Below are positions 10,131 through 19,672 of a stretch of DNA of 64,000 bases, piece after piece. Where the stretch lies: IMG/VR virus record IMGVR_UViG_3300049135_000064; one strand, 5' to 3'. The notes beneath the pieces were generated by a model. It ran no database searches, was not told where the DNA came from, and worked only from the letters and a program-made list of their open reading frames with translations. Numbering within the stretch: the stretch's first letter is position 1; each line of letters begins with the position of its first letter. Source of the DNA: an uncultured virus (IMG/VR IMGVR_UViG_3300049135_000064). Taxonomy: Duplodnaviria; Heunggongvirae; Uroviricota; Caudoviricetes. The position numbers were made by a program, and so were the translations under genes.

Positions 10131-10328
10131 TCAGCGGGTCGGAACGGACAGACCGCAGGCTGCCATGAACCGGTCGACGTCGAAATTGCCGTTTTCCGCC
10201 TTCAGCACCCGGGCCGTGATGCCGACCATGCGGCACCACGTGTCGTGGCCAGGGTCATTGAAGTCCGGTTTAGCGTCCTTGTACTCCGCCGCAACCGCCT
10301 TATAAAACTTCCGTGTACAGCTAGCCAT
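10131..10328 (-). CDS. Hypothetical protein
   Basis: TRKFYKAVA...ENGNFDVDRFMAACG; compact ORF with RBS. Confidence 0.6.
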   Translation of the reverse strand: MASCTRKFYKAVAAEYKDAKPDFNDPGHDTWCRMVGITARVLKAENGNFDVDRFMAACGLSVPTR

Positions 10329-10391
10329 CAGATATTTCCTCCACATAATCCAGTATTCCTATTCACTCATCTAGCACTGACACTTTGTGCG

Positions 10392-10703
10392 CTAGGTCGG
10401 TGCCCACTCGACGTCACCAGCCGCCGTCAGAATCACCCATCCCATGAACGTCTTGATCGGTACCGCCTCCGGCGTACTCTCATGGACGCTGATGATGTAG
10501 CCGTTCTCACGGGCTTGTGCCGGATGCCCATGGGCCCAGCTATGACAAGACGGGCACAGGCTGATGATGTTCCAGTACCCGTGCCCGCCTTCGCGCCGCC
10601 GTTGCCGATGGTGCTTGTGTCCTGCAGGATTCCCGCACCTCACGCACTGGCGCTGATCCCGCTCGTCGACAACTTCCCGCGCCTTCGTCGGGATCGCACT
10701 CAT
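10392..10703 (-). CDS. HNH endonuclease
   Basis: ERDQRQCVRCG...HHR...NIISLCPSCHSWAH. Confidence 0.85.
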   Translation of the reverse strand: MSAIPTKAREVVDERDQRQCVRCGNPAGHKHHRQRRREGGHGYWNIISLCPSCHSWAHGHPAQARENGYIISVHESTPEAVPIKTFMGWVILTAAGDVEWAPT

Positions 10704-11200
10704 GTCAGAACCTGGAGCAACCGCTTCGCCTGCTCCACGGTGAGGTCGGCCCCGACCACGGCGATTGCATACTCGATGTCTTCGTCGTCCCACTCCGTTG
10801 CGGGGCGGCGTGCTTCATATGCGGCGGTGGCTCTGCCGTCCACATCTTCCGGCAGAACGTAGACGCCGGAACCCATGCGGTCCTTGGCCAGCCGCGCGAG
10901 GTAGCCGGCGCGGTGCAGATTCTCGAGGATTCGCTTCGCGTCCTCGACGCGGAGGTTGGTATCCATGGCGACCGTGGCTGCGGTGACGCCGGAGTAACCC
11001 TCCTCACGTGCAAGGCAGTAGACCTGCACGGAACGCGTCCCGGTGTACGCCGCGAAGACCGGCCTAGCGACCTCGCCGAGCGTGATCGGCATGCGGTGCG
11101 CTTCTTCGTAGTCGAACTCCTGCCCCGCGTAGTAGGAAGCGATCGAGTCGTCGTCGCCTCCGCCCAGCGGAACATAGTTGTAGTTGGCGGTCATCGCCAT
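10700..11200 (-). CDS. Winged-helix DNA-binding protein
   Basis: TAATVAMDTNLRVEDAKRILENLHRAGYL resembles a wHTH. Confidence 0.55.
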   Translation of the reverse strand: MAMTANYNYVPLGGGDDDSIASYYAGQEFDYEEAHRMPITLGEVARPVFAAYTGTRSVQVYCLAREEGYSGVTAATVAMDTNLRVEDAKRILENLHRAGYLARLAKDRMGSGVYVLPEDVDGRATAAYEARRPATEWDDEDIEYAIAVVGADLTVEQAKRLLQVLT

Positions 11201-11288
11201 TTCCTTCCTGTTGTGGCGGATGTATGTACGTCCGCCCTTGGTTATGAATCTAGTGTGGTAGCACTTTGTTCGTTACTTCGTCGACGGC

Positions 11289-12878
11289 TCAGTAGATGTT
11301 GCCGTCGCCATCCATCTCGCACGGGGTCCATGGCCACTCTGCCGTATTGGGTTTGCCCCAGCGGAGATGCGTTGGGAACTGTCGTTCACGCACACGCGGG
11401 AATCTGAACTTCGACCACTCATAGACACCCTCGTTGTCCGGCACCGGCAACAGGCCGTAACCGAAGTCCGGCCAGCGCAGGAAAATACTGGAACCATAGG
11501 GGCGGATACTCCGAACCAGCGCACCCTGCTCCTTGAGCGGCGCGTGGTGCTCCATGATGAACGCGCTGCCGCAGATTCCCCGGGCAGCATTGACCACGGC
11601 TTTCAGTTTGCGGACAACTTCCTCGTCCTTGGGGTCACGCCCCACCATGTTGTAGAGCGGGCCCATGCAGACAACATCCGGCTGGTGTCCATGGATGCGC
11701 TCCATCAGCCACTGGGCTCCGGCATTGCTGGTGAGGTCCGGTTCAGACTGCCACTTCCACAGCTGCACGAGATTCTTATCGTCGACCATGCGGCCGTGAT
11801 ACGCGGCCAGCCCGGCCAGCATCCTCCAGCTGCTGCGCACCTGATCCTTAGAGTTCTCGGCGTCGATGTACAGCACCTTCTGCGGCGGCATCTCCAGCCC
11901 GGTCCAGGGGTGGATCCCGGCAGCCAGCTGGACCGCGAACTGCCGCAGAAGCTTTGACTTGCCGTGCCCCTCGTAGGCCGTGACCAGCAGACGCTCCCCC
12001 CGCGCCAGCACATTCGGGATCACGAACTCCTCGTTCTCCGATTCCTCCTCGATGTAGACACTGAACGGCGCGCCCGTCTCGTCGTCCACGGCATCCTGGG
12101 CAGGCACGGTTTCGATCAGATCCGTGAACCGGCCGCCCTTGTTCAGGTGGTCGGTGATGTCCTTGCACTCGTGCATCGGCTCCATGATCGCCACGGTGCA
12201 GCCGTGCTCGATCAGCGATTCCCTGACCTCATGGGCGTGAGCCCGGCCAGCCTTGTCCGCATCGGAGATGATGATGACGTTTGCGCCGGCCAGTATCTGC
12301 GAATACTCGTCCGCCCACTTTCCGGCACCCATGGGGGACGTCGTGGCCACCACTCCCTTGGCCCGGAGCGAGTCCGCGTCCTTCTCGCCCTCGACGATGT
12401 AGACCGTCTGGCCCTCGTCGATTGCCCGGATGACATCGGGCAGCCGGTACAGCACCCTGCGCACGCCGCGCATGTTCCACGCCCAGCCGTGACGCTTGGC
12501 CGGGTCGTGGTGCCGTTGCATGAACGTCTTCTTGCCGTTCTCCTGCGGCACCCGCAGAACCTGGAACAGCTCCTTGCCGTCCTCGTCGGTGTAGACGTAG
12601 CAGTGGCTGGCGGGCCCGTTCGGCGTCCAGATTTCCTCCGTGGTCCGGCTCAGGTCCGCGGCACGCTCCGCCATCAGTGCCTGCTGGTCGATTCCGGACG
12701 CGTCCAGGATCGCCCCGAACTCACATCCGGCATGGCATGTCATCAGTACCGGCTGGCTGTCGCCGGGGGAAACGTGAAGCGAGGCGTGTCCGTCGTCATG
12801 TGCTGGGCAACGGGTCATGGACTGTTGTCCGCGGGACGCCAGTTCGATCGCCTCGGCCAGGGTGTTGGCCGTGATCAT
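11289..12878 (-). CDS. DNA primase-helicase (Zn finger, TOPRIM, AAA/RecA-type helicase)
   Basis: CPAHDD...CHAGC; IVEGEKDAD; DADKAG; Walker A AYEGHGKS; VLYIDAEN. Confidence 0.9.
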   Translation of the reverse strand: MITANTLAEAIELASRGQQSMTRCPAHDDGHASLHVSPGDSQPVLMTCHAGCEFGAILDASGIDQQALMAERAADLSRTTEEIWTPNGPASHCYVYTDEDGKELFQVLRVPQENGKKTFMQRHHDPAKRHGWAWNMRGVRRVLYRLPDVIRAIDEGQTVYIVEGEKDADSLRAKGVVATTSPMGAGKWADEYSQILAGANVIIISDADKAGRAHAHEVRESLIEHGCTVAIMEPMHECKDITDHLNKGGRFTDLIETVPAQDAVDDETGAPFSVYIEEESENEEFVIPNVLARGERLLVTAYEGHGKSKLLRQFAVQLAAGIHPWTGLEMPPQKVLYIDAENSKDQVRSSWRMLAGLAAYHGRMVDDKNLVQLWKWQSEPDLTSNAGAQWLMERIHGHQPDVVCMGPLYNMVGRDPKDEEVVRKLKAVVNAARGICGSAFIMEHHAPLKEQGALVRSIRPYGSSIFLRWPDFGYGLLPVPDNEGVYEWSKFRFPRVRERQFPTHLRWGKPNTAEWPWTPCEMDGDGNIY

Positions 12879-12940
12879 GGGAGGTTCCTTCCTGCCGGAC
12901 GTATGTACATCCGGGGTCTAGTGGTGATGGTGGTAGCCAT

Positions 12941-13894
12941 TTATCCGACGTCGTACCACTGGGGCTTGGCCTGCTTCGCCTGTCCCGTGGTGTTGGAGTA
13001 TTGCTTCGCCCTGTTCGAGTCGAGCTGGGCCATGTAGGCCAGCTCTGCTTTCTGTTCGTCTTCCCCGAACCACCTGACCCAGCGCCGGTCCTGCCATCGA
13101 CGGTCTGTGTTCGGGTGATCCTTCAGGAACTCCCGGTAGTTGTTGATGCTGGTCGTCACGTTGGCGTACTGCCTGCTGCCGATCGTTTTGTCGTAGACAT
13201 CTCCCGTCGGCCAGTAGCCGCCGCGGACCAAGTGCTCGGGATAGTTCAACCGTGATGTGGATGTGGTTTCCGGGGCAGGTGACTTAACCACCTGAGTGCC
13301 ACCACCACCACCGCCAAGAGAATTAGGGGCAGCGCCAGCTGCCTCCTTTTCAGTAATAGTTTCTAAGTAATGGTTCTCAGTAATAGTTAATAGGCCCTGA
13401 GAAACCGAGTCCTGGTTAACCGAGTCCTGGAAACCCGTCTCCGGTGGATCTACCGGGCCCTGAGAATCCGTTTCCGGTGTGACCGGGCCCTGAATATCCG
13501 TCTCCGGTGATTCCTGTGGCTCGGGGTCACTGTCCGTGGGCGGGGTTGGTTCCGGTTGCGGGGGCATGCCGCCGTGCCTGTCCTTCGGCATATCGAACAC
13601 GAACATCTTGGTGGACCAGCGCCCGTCCTTGCCCTGGCTTTTGCGGTACTCGATGTAGCCGTGCTTCTCCAGCTCCTTGAACGCGGTGCGGATTGCGTCA
13701 CGGCCCTCGGGCATTTGCGTGGCAAGGCGTTCGGCGTTGGTCCGCCAGTTGTCCGGCCGGGTCAGGAGGTAGATCAGGATGAGTCTGGCCCGGCAGGTGA
13801 TGTTGTTGTTCTCGATGATTTCGTTATCCACCACGGAGAAATTGGTGTACCGGCGCTTCTCCCGTACTACCTCCATGCCGCTGCCGCCGCTCAC
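12941..13894 (-). CDS. Replication initiator protein (N-terminal wHTH, repeat-containing linker)
   Basis: NFSVVDNEII...ARLILIYLLTRPDNW...GRDAIRTAFKELEKHGYI; internal direct repeats; upstream of primase-helicase. Confidence 0.75.
   Translation of the reverse strand: MSGGSGMEVVREKRRYTNFSVVDNEIIENNNITCRARLILIYLLTRPDNWRTNAERLATQMPEGRDAIRTAFKELEKHGYIEYRKSQGKDGRWSTKMFVFDMPKDRHGGMPPQPEPTPPTDSDPEPQESPETDIQGPVTPETDSQGPVDPPETGFQDSVNQDSVSQGLLTITENHYLETITEKEAAGAAPNSLGGGGGGTQVVKSPAPETTSTSRLNYPEHLVRGGYWPTGDVYDKTIGSRQYANVTTSINNYREFLKDHPNTDRRWQDRRWVRWFGEDEQKAELAYMAQLDSNRAKQYSNTTGQAKQAKPQWYDVG
13347..13510. other. Putative replication origin (iterons plus AT-rich tract) inside the initiator gene
   Basis: AACCGAGTCCTGG x2, CCGTYTCCGGTG x3 and ACCGGGCCCTGA x2 beside an AT-rich tract with AGTAAT x3. 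Confidence 0.6.
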
Positions 13895-14280
13895 TTGTCG
13901 CCGCCGGTGGAGTCTGCACCCTCACGTGCAAGGTATGCGCGATGTTCGTCGAGGCTGAACAGGAACACATCACGGCCGAGGAACGTCCGACCGAGAGCGG
14001 TCACGGCGTGGGTGCCCACGGTGACGTAGCCCTTCTCCTGCAGCTCGACCCACCCGTCCTCCATTGCGTCCCATTCGGGGCTGCTGGACGGGCCAGTGCA
14101 CAGGTCGTGCGGCGAGTCGGCACCCCAGTCCCGGTCCATGAACGCGAGGCGGGTAAGAATCCCGAGTGCGTTGTTCGAGAGGATGCCGCGCTTCGCTGCG
14201 CGGCGGAGGTTTAGAAGAACCTGGAGGTCGGTGATGGGCTCGAAGGCGTCAGCGGCCCTCTCATATCTTGGGGTTTCCAT
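13891..14280 (-). CDS. Hypothetical protein, possibly wHTH related to the initiator N-terminus
   Basis: LSNNALGILTRL...WVELQEKGYV; 4-bp overlap with the initiator. Confidence 0.55.
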   Translation of the reverse strand: METPRYERAADAFEPITDLQVLLNLRRAAKRGILSNNALGILTRLAFMDRDWGADSPHDLCTGPSSSPEWDAMEDGWVELQEKGYVTVGTHAVTALGRTFLGRDVFLFSLDEHRAYLAREGADSTGGDK

Positions 14281-14577
14281 AGCAATTGTCCCTTGCTTGT
14301 TGTCAAGAGACGCGCCACATCTGTTAAGATGGTAAAAGCGTTGAGGCTTTACGTGGGGCCGGTAAGCCGGTTGTAAGACCTTTCGCTGGTACCTTGCAGA
14401 TGTTGGCGCATCTCTTGGTTGTTAGTAAGTCCAGAACTGAAACTTGAATTGCATTGGGTGTCGTTAGCAGCGGCACCCTTTGCGTTTAAACACCATAATC
14501 CTAAACGTGTAATTCCGGGTTCGGTTACACTGGGGTGTTGGTGAACGAAGATAGTGTGGTAGCCATCTAGTGAAGCC

Positions 14578-14622
14578 GCACGACAGGCCCCGGGGTTCCT
14601 TCCTGCAGGGGCCTGTCGTGTT
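14578..14622. terminator. GC-rich hairpin downstream of the SSB operon
   Basis: CACGACAGGCCCC...GGGGCCTGTCGTG. Confidence 0.55.
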
Positions 14623-14634
14623 TCCTGGCTACGG

Positions 14635-15075
14635 TCAGACGCCGAACTGCTTGCGCAGCGACGGGTACTTCGCCAGCTTTTCCGCGATTTCCTTCGCCGC
14701 CTTCTCCTCGTCCGACAAGCGGCGCTCGAACTTGAGGCCGTGCTCCTCGAACTTCTTCCCGGCCAGATCGTAGAACCGCTCCTTGTTTTCGGGCAGGTTC
14801 AGGATCTCCCGTTCGGCCTCGTTTCTGAGGCGGTTCTTGAGCTGCTGCACGGACTCCTTCTTGGCTGGCTTCTCGACCGGCTTCTCAGCTGGCTTCGGGT
14901 CTGCCTTGACGTCCGCCTTGGGCGTGGCCTTCGGTGCAGCGGTAGCCCGTGCGGGCACCGCCTTCGGTGCGGCGGCAGGCTTGGCCGGCGCGGGCTTGGC
15001 CTCGGAGCTGAACTCCGGCTTGGCCGCCCCACCCGGCTGCTGCACGGATTCCTTGGTTACTCCCTCAACTGTCAT
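14635..15075 (-). CDS. Hypothetical protein (Ala/Pro/Lys-rich N-terminus)
   Basis: GGAGAAGG RBS before MTVEG. Confidence 0.7.
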   Translation of the reverse strand: MTVEGVTKESVQQPGGAAKPEFSSEAKPAPAKPAAAPKAVPARATAAPKATPKADVKADPKPAEKPVEKPAKKESVQQLKNRLRNEAEREILNLPENKERFYDLAGKKFEEHGLKFERRLSDEEKAAKEIAEKLAKYPSLRKQFGV

Positions 15076-15163
15076 TGTCCTTCTCCTTGTTCGTGTTGCG
15101 TTTGCTCTGGAACGTGCCACTTACTTCTCTCTTACCTCGCCGGATGTATGTACGTCCGGTGTC

Positions 15164-15667
15164 TTAGAACGGAGGCTCGTCGCTGTTGGACTGCGGTCCC
15201 CACGAACCGCCTCCCTGCTGCCCTCCCTGTGCGCTGGCATACGCATCCTCCCTCGGCGCGTTCTGCTCCGGCCGCTGCTGCTGGCCGCGGCTGGACGACG
15301 CACGCTGTGCCCCCTGCCTGGACTGCGTCACGACGAAGCGCAGCGACGGGCCGACCGAGGTCGCCTCAATCTCCACGCTCATGCGCTTCTCGCCTTCCTT
15401 GGTCTGGAACTGCCGGGTGTGGATTTCGCCGCTGACCACTACCAGATCCTTGTCCTTCACGGACTCGACCACGTTCTCCGCCAGCTCACGCCAAGCGTTG
15501 ACCGTGACCCACAGGACCTTGTCGTCCTCCCACTCGCCGGACTGCTCGTTCTTCTTCTTCTTGTCGGCGACGGCGCGGAAGCTGCAGATCGCTGCGCCGG
15601 CTGGCGTGAATCTAAGCTCCGGATTACCCACGACGCGGAACTCGTGGCCGATAATCGGTAGTGCCAT
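15164..15667 (-). CDS. ssb: Single-stranded DNA-binding protein
   Basis: PELRFTPAGAA...VNAWRELAENVVES...VGPSLRF; acidic tail DEPPF. Confidence 0.95.
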   Translation of the reverse strand: MALPIIGHEFRVVGNPELRFTPAGAAICSFRAVADKKKKNEQSGEWEDDKVLWVTVNAWRELAENVVESVKDKDLVVVSGEIHTRQFQTKEGEKRMSVEIEATSVGPSLRFVVTQSRQGAQRASSSRGQQQRPEQNAPREDAYASAQGGQQGGGSWGPQSNSDEPPF

Positions 15668-15678
15668 GGCTTATCTCC

Positions 15679-15969
15679 TTAGTCTTCGGGCTGGTTCGGT
15701 ACCCATGTGAAATAGATGTCCCCGACCCGCACGCCGTTGTCGTCGACGCGGGTGCGGGATTCGATGCGGATGCGTCCGTTGTTCTGGATGAACGGCGGTC
15801 GGTTGTAGCCGCGCACGCTCTTGATCCTGGACACGGGCACATCCTTGTAAGCGAGCAGTGCCACCCCCGGCCGTGTCATTGCCTTGCGGGCCATGCCGTC
15901 CCAGTCGTAGTCGGACTTGTAGCCGCTGCTCTTGGGCGGCGGGGCGCTGACGAAAGTTCCTTCCTCCAT
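15679..15969 (-). CDS. Hypothetical protein
   Basis: AAGGAG RBS. Confidence 0.65.
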   Translation of the reverse strand: MEEGTFVSAPPPKSSGYKSDYDWDGMARKAMTRPGVALLAYKDVPVSRIKSVRGYNRPPFIQNNGRIRIESRTRVDDNGVRVGDIYFTWVPNQPED

Positions 15970-16056
15970 TGTTGTCTCCTTAGTAGTTATGGCTAGCCTT
16001 TCGGCTGGTCCAAGTTTACGCCTGAGTCAAGCCCAGACACATGACCAACACGCAGA

Positions 16057-16416
16057 CTAGAACTCCGACGGGGCCAGCTTCCGGGCAATGCCCATCAGCT
16101 GCGCGACCTGCGCCTCAAGGATCGTCAGCCTGTCCTCGGGGCTGGTCACCACGTGCGTGGCGTCGCGGTTGATCACGTCGCCCGGGTCCGACGACGACCG
16201 CACCATCAGGCCGCTCTCGCGCAGTGCGTTCTCCACCATCTCCGGGCTGGCGTTGAAGCTTGCCACCGAAGACAGCGTGGTGATGATGTTGTCGGCGATG
16301 GCGTAGTCGCGCTCGATCAGCTTGTCTGCGACAAAGTCGATCGTACTCAGGTACGGGTCGGCCATGCCGATGTTCTCGTTAACGGCCTCGACGATGATGT
16401 TGCGGATGTCATACAT
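16057..16416 (-). CDS. Hypothetical protein
   Basis: MYDIRN... start with GAAAGAGAG RBS. Confidence 0.65.
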   Translation of the reverse strand: MYDIRNIIVEAVNENIGMADPYLSTIDFVADKLIERDYAIADNIITTLSSVASFNASPEMVENALRESGLMVRSSSDPGDVINRDATHVVTSPEDRLTILEAQVAQLMGIARKLAPSEF

Positions 16417-16521
16417 AACGTGCTCTCTTTCGTGTGGTAGCTGGACGCATTTATCCATGATGGGCGGGCTTGCCCGGACCCGCCACCCCAATGTCAGGGA
16501 TGGCGGACCCGCACAATCCGA

Positions 16522-17343
16522 TCAGTCGGACTCGACGGCGGACTCCGCCGACCAGTCTTCGAGTTCGTACTCCCCGTTGAGCTCTTCATCGAGGACATTC
16601 CGGACGTCGGAGCGGGTGACCGCGTCCTTCGCTTCGCTCTCGTCGGGCACGCCGCCCACGCTGACCGTAATCTCGAACGTCCCGGTGAACGTGACCTCCG
16701 TGGCCTCCATTCTCCGCAGGCCGTACATGTCTTCCAGCTTGCGGTCCGCCTCCACCGACGGACTGGGGTCGGTGTACTTGACGGTAACTCTGACAGTCAC
16801 GTCGTAGTCCCGCTTGATGTTGCGGCCGAACAGCCCGAGCGGAACGATCACCGCCTCGTAGTCCGGGCAGCACCCCCACGAATCCGCGAGTTCGTTGAGG
16901 TTGTCGTTCAGCTCGGTGAACGCGTCGTTCTCCGCCGCCAGCTGCTGCTGCAGCTCGTGCACCCGGTCCCGCTTGAGCGTGGCGATCGGCCGCTCGGCCC
17001 TGGCCTCGGCCCAGAACACCCCGTCGGCGTCGGCCCGGATCCGCATGGGCTGCATCCGCCGGCTGAACCCGCCCTCCGTCCGGACCAGCGCGGTGTGGGT
17101 GTAGAAGATCCAGTCGCCGGTGCCCGGTTCGAGGAGCGCGGTGCCCACCCGGGTGACGGTCTCGCCGTCGGTCCAGACAAGGTAGTCCGTGCAGGACTGC
17201 GGGGCCGGGTTCTGGTAGGCCCAGTTGTCGTCGTCGACTGCGGCCATGCCGAACGTGAAGTTGTTCTCGTCGTTCTGCAGCGGCTCCGGCTCAGACGTAT
17301 GTACATCCGGAGTGTTGTTCTCGGTGGTAGCCATGGTGGTCAT
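16522..17343 (-). CDS. Hypothetical protein
   Basis: 273-aa acidic ORF; in-frame palindrome (PDVHTS). Confidence 0.75.
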   Translation of the reverse strand: MTTMATTENNTPDVHTSEPEPLQNDENNFTFGMAAVDDDNWAYQNPAPQSCTDYLVWTDGETVTRVGTALLEPGTGDWIFYTHTALVRTEGGFSRRMQPMRIRADADGVFWAEARAERPIATLKRDRVHELQQQLAAENDAFTELNDNLNELADSWGCCPDYEAVIVPLGLFGRNIKRDYDVTVRVTVKYTDPSPSVEADRKLEDMYGLRRMEATEVTFTGTFEITVSVGGVPDESEAKDAVTRSDVRNVLDEELNGEYELEDWSAESAVESD

Positions 17344-17356
17344 TGCTCTCTCTCGC

Positions 17357-18274
17357 TCAGTAGTCGGTGAGGGTACGGATGAACGCCTCGGGTTCGGCGT
17401 TCTGGATGCGGGCCCCGGGGATGTCGAACAGCGCCCGGGCGGTGCGCTGGTAGGAATCGTTGTGCACGTTGTTGAAGTCCGGCTCCTCCAGGTGCACGTC
17501 CGCGGGGAACGCGACGGCCAGCGAGACGTACGCCTGCCCGGTCCAGGGGATGGCGCCGGACACCTCGCTCACCCGTTCCTTGATGGCCCTGAACGCCGGG
17601 GTGTCGAGCGCCGCCTGCGGTGTCTCCACCGGGATCTGCAGCTGCGCCGAGACGTACCCGCCGTAGCGCGGGGTGGGCATCTTGCTGCCCCGGGAGGTCA
17701 GCTGCTCGATCCGTTCCGGCCAGCCCCGGTCGGTGGCCTCGCCGGTCAGCGCCGCCTTGGTCCGGGCGTGCTCCCACTTGGACCGTGCCAGCGCGAGCTT
17801 CGCCTCCACCACGGTGTCCGCGTCGTCGACGCACGGCATCAGCTCCTTCGCCCACGGTGCCGCCGCGACCCACTGCGCCACCGGCTGGCGCGGCTGGCGG
17901 TAGCCCTCGCCGTCGGCGGCGTGCAGTACCTTCTGGTCCGAGCGGACGGGCTCGGTTATCTCCGCGATGTCGGTGCGGGCCCCGATGTACAGCGACTCGC
18001 CGACCACGAACGCGTCGCCGAGCAGGCCCAGCACCGGGGTGCCCGGGCTCATGACCGGGTTCAGCGGCACGCCGTCGACCCAGTCGCCCTCGGTCGTGAT
18101 GTACCAGAGCTGGCCGCGGCTGAGGTGGCGGGTCTTCTTCACGTCCACGATGGCGTTGGCGAACTCGTACCGGCGCTGCGGGTTGAGCGCGTCGGTCACG
18201 AGGACCTGCTTGGTCTGCGGAACCTTGTCCGCGAAGGGGTCGGTGAAGTAGATGCGGTCGTTGTAGGCAAGCAT
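17357..18274 (-). CDS. Hypothetical protein
   Basis: 305-aa ORF with high GC3 and RBS. Confidence 0.75.
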   Translation of the reverse strand: MLAYNDRIYFTDPFADKVPQTKQVLVTDALNPQRRYEFANAIVDVKKTRHLSRGQLWYITTEGDWVDGVPLNPVMSPGTPVLGLLGDAFVVGESLYIGARTDIAEITEPVRSDQKVLHAADGEGYRQPRQPVAQWVAAAPWAKELMPCVDDADTVVEAKLALARSKWEHARTKAALTGEATDRGWPERIEQLTSRGSKMPTPRYGGYVSAQLQIPVETPQAALDTPAFRAIKERVSEVSGAIPWTGQAYVSLAVAFPADVHLEEPDFNNVHNDSYQRTARALFDIPGARIQNAEPEAFIRTLTDY

Positions 18275-18366
18275 GGCGCAGCCTCTTTCTGTTGGTTGAA
18301 CGAAGCCGGGCCGGACGTATGTACATCCGGCCCGTATGGGTTGGTGAGTGTGGTAGCTCTTAGCCG

Positions 18367-18567
18367 TCAGCCGACGGCGATGAATTTCTCCAGCGCGGAT
18401 GCGAACATCTCGCGCTCGGTGCCTTGGTCGGGGTTGTTGTTCAGGTCTGCCAGCTCCAGCGCGGCCTGCTCCCGGTCCCCGTTGAACTCGCGCTCGGCCA
18501 GCGCCTCGACCAGGATCGGGTTGTGCCGGATCCAGTAGTCGGGGTCGTCGATGAACAGCTCAGGCAT
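18367..18567 (-). CDS. Hypothetical protein
   Basis: GGAGG RBS. Confidence 0.6.
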   Translation of the reverse strand: MPELFIDDPDYWIRHNPILVEALAEREFNGDREQAALELADLNNNPDQGTEREMFASALEKFIAVG

Positions 18568-18706
18568 CGGGGCCCACCTCCGCGTACTTGGCGTCGCAGT
18601 ATTTGCACCGCAGCTCGTTGAGCGGCTGCCCGCCCAGCGTTTCCTTGGTGCGCTTGGTGATCCAGTGGTGGCCTCCGCCGTCGGGGGCCTCGCTGCAGGG
18701 TTCCAT
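18560..18706 (-). CDS. Small Cys/His protein
   Basis: MEPCSEAPDGGGHHW...CKYC; GAAAGGA RBS; below the ORF-track length cutoff. Confidence 0.5.
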   Translation of the reverse strand: MEPCSEAPDGGGHHWITKRTKETLGGQPLNELRCKYCDAKYAEVGPDA

Positions 18707-18750
18707 CACGGTCCTTTCGTTGGTGGATGTATGTACGTCTCAGTGGGGGA

Positions 18751-19026
18751 TCAGGTAAACCACGACAGGCATACTGTGCAGAAGCTCGGTGGTTCCGGTG
18801 GGTGCGAGAGCAGGACAGGGAAGTCCCTGGCTAGGCAGTCGGTGGCCCGGCTGCGGTCGATGCCGTTCTCCTGTGCCAGCTCGTCGAGTTCGTCCTCGGT
18901 GTCGAGGTCTCCGGGCTGGCGCTTGTCGTCGGGCCATGCGTCGTACGGCGCGACGGTGACGATCGTTGGCACGATGTGCTGGTCGCAGTAGAACATGCCG
19001 CGCCATTGGTACGCAGGATGGCTCAC
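18751..19026 (-). CDS. Hypothetical protein
   Basis: AAGGAGG RBS; first gene after the promoter at 19111-19139. Confidence 0.65.
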   Translation of the reverse strand: MSHPAYQWRGMFYCDQHIVPTIVTVAPYDAWPDDKRQPGDLDTEDELDELAQENGIDRSRATDCLARDFPVLLSHPPEPPSFCTVCLSWFT

Positions 19027-19110
19027 ATTCTTTCCTCCTTACTCTGGTCTTGCCGGATGTATGTACGTCCGGCTTGTCTGTGCCATGTCTGGAACATGGC
19101 CTAATACTCT

Positions 19111-19139
19111 ATTCTACCACAAGGTCTTGCCTTTGTCAA
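19111..19139 (-). promoter_or_regulatory. SigA-type promoter
   Basis: Minus strand TTGACA-17 bp-TAGAAT. Confidence 0.8.
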
Positions 19140-19195
19140 GACCTTAGGCAAGACGGAGGACAGAGAGCGGGGAAGGAAACTTCCCCGGCCCCGTA

Positions 19196-19672
19196 CTACA
19201 CGCCGCTCAGCGCCTCCTGCTCATGCTCCTGGTCGGCAGGCTCGGCCTCACCGGCCGGACGGAACACCGTCTTGCCGTTGACCAGCGCCTTGCTGACCCG
19301 GCCCGCGGCCGCGAGCTGCGACAGCTTCTGGTACAGCGCACCCGGGGTGCGGCCCGACTCCTTGGCCATGTCGGCCCGCTTCATCGTGACGTTGTCGACC
19401 ACCCACTGCTCCTCCTCGGCAGTCCACGCCTTCTGCGTGCCGCCGCGGTTGGACGTGGGTTTCTCAAAGACCTTGAAGTTCGGCCGGCCCTTCTTCTGGC
19501 CGATGCCGATCGCCTCAGCGACCTTCGCGTTGCAGTCCAGGCAGATGTCGAACTTCCCGTTCTGGTCCGTGACAGGTCCCGCGAGGGTGACCACCGTGAC
19601 GATGTTCTCTTCCTCGTTGGGGATGGTCTTCCCGCACGAGTCGCACAGGATTGCGGGGATCTTGATTCTCAT
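19196..19672 (-). CDS. DNA-binding protein (N-terminal Zn/Lsr2-like module, C-terminal wHTH)
   Basis: CDSC...CLDC; KRADMAKESGRTPGALYQKLSQLAAAGRV. Confidence 0.55.
   Translation of the reverse strand: MRIKIPAILCDSCGKTIPNEEENIVTVVTLAGPVTDQNGKFDICLDCNAKVAEAIGIGQKKGRPNFKVFEKPTSNRGGTQKAWTAEEEQWVVDNVTMKRADMAKESGRTPGALYQKLSQLAAAGRVSKALVNGKTVFRPAGEAEPADQEHEQEALSGV

Noticed and set aside
16404..16419. Extra degenerate palindrome copies (GGATGTCATACAT here; GGATGTACGCATA at about 28313)
   Set aside because: An indel or broken arm; left out of the count of 28.
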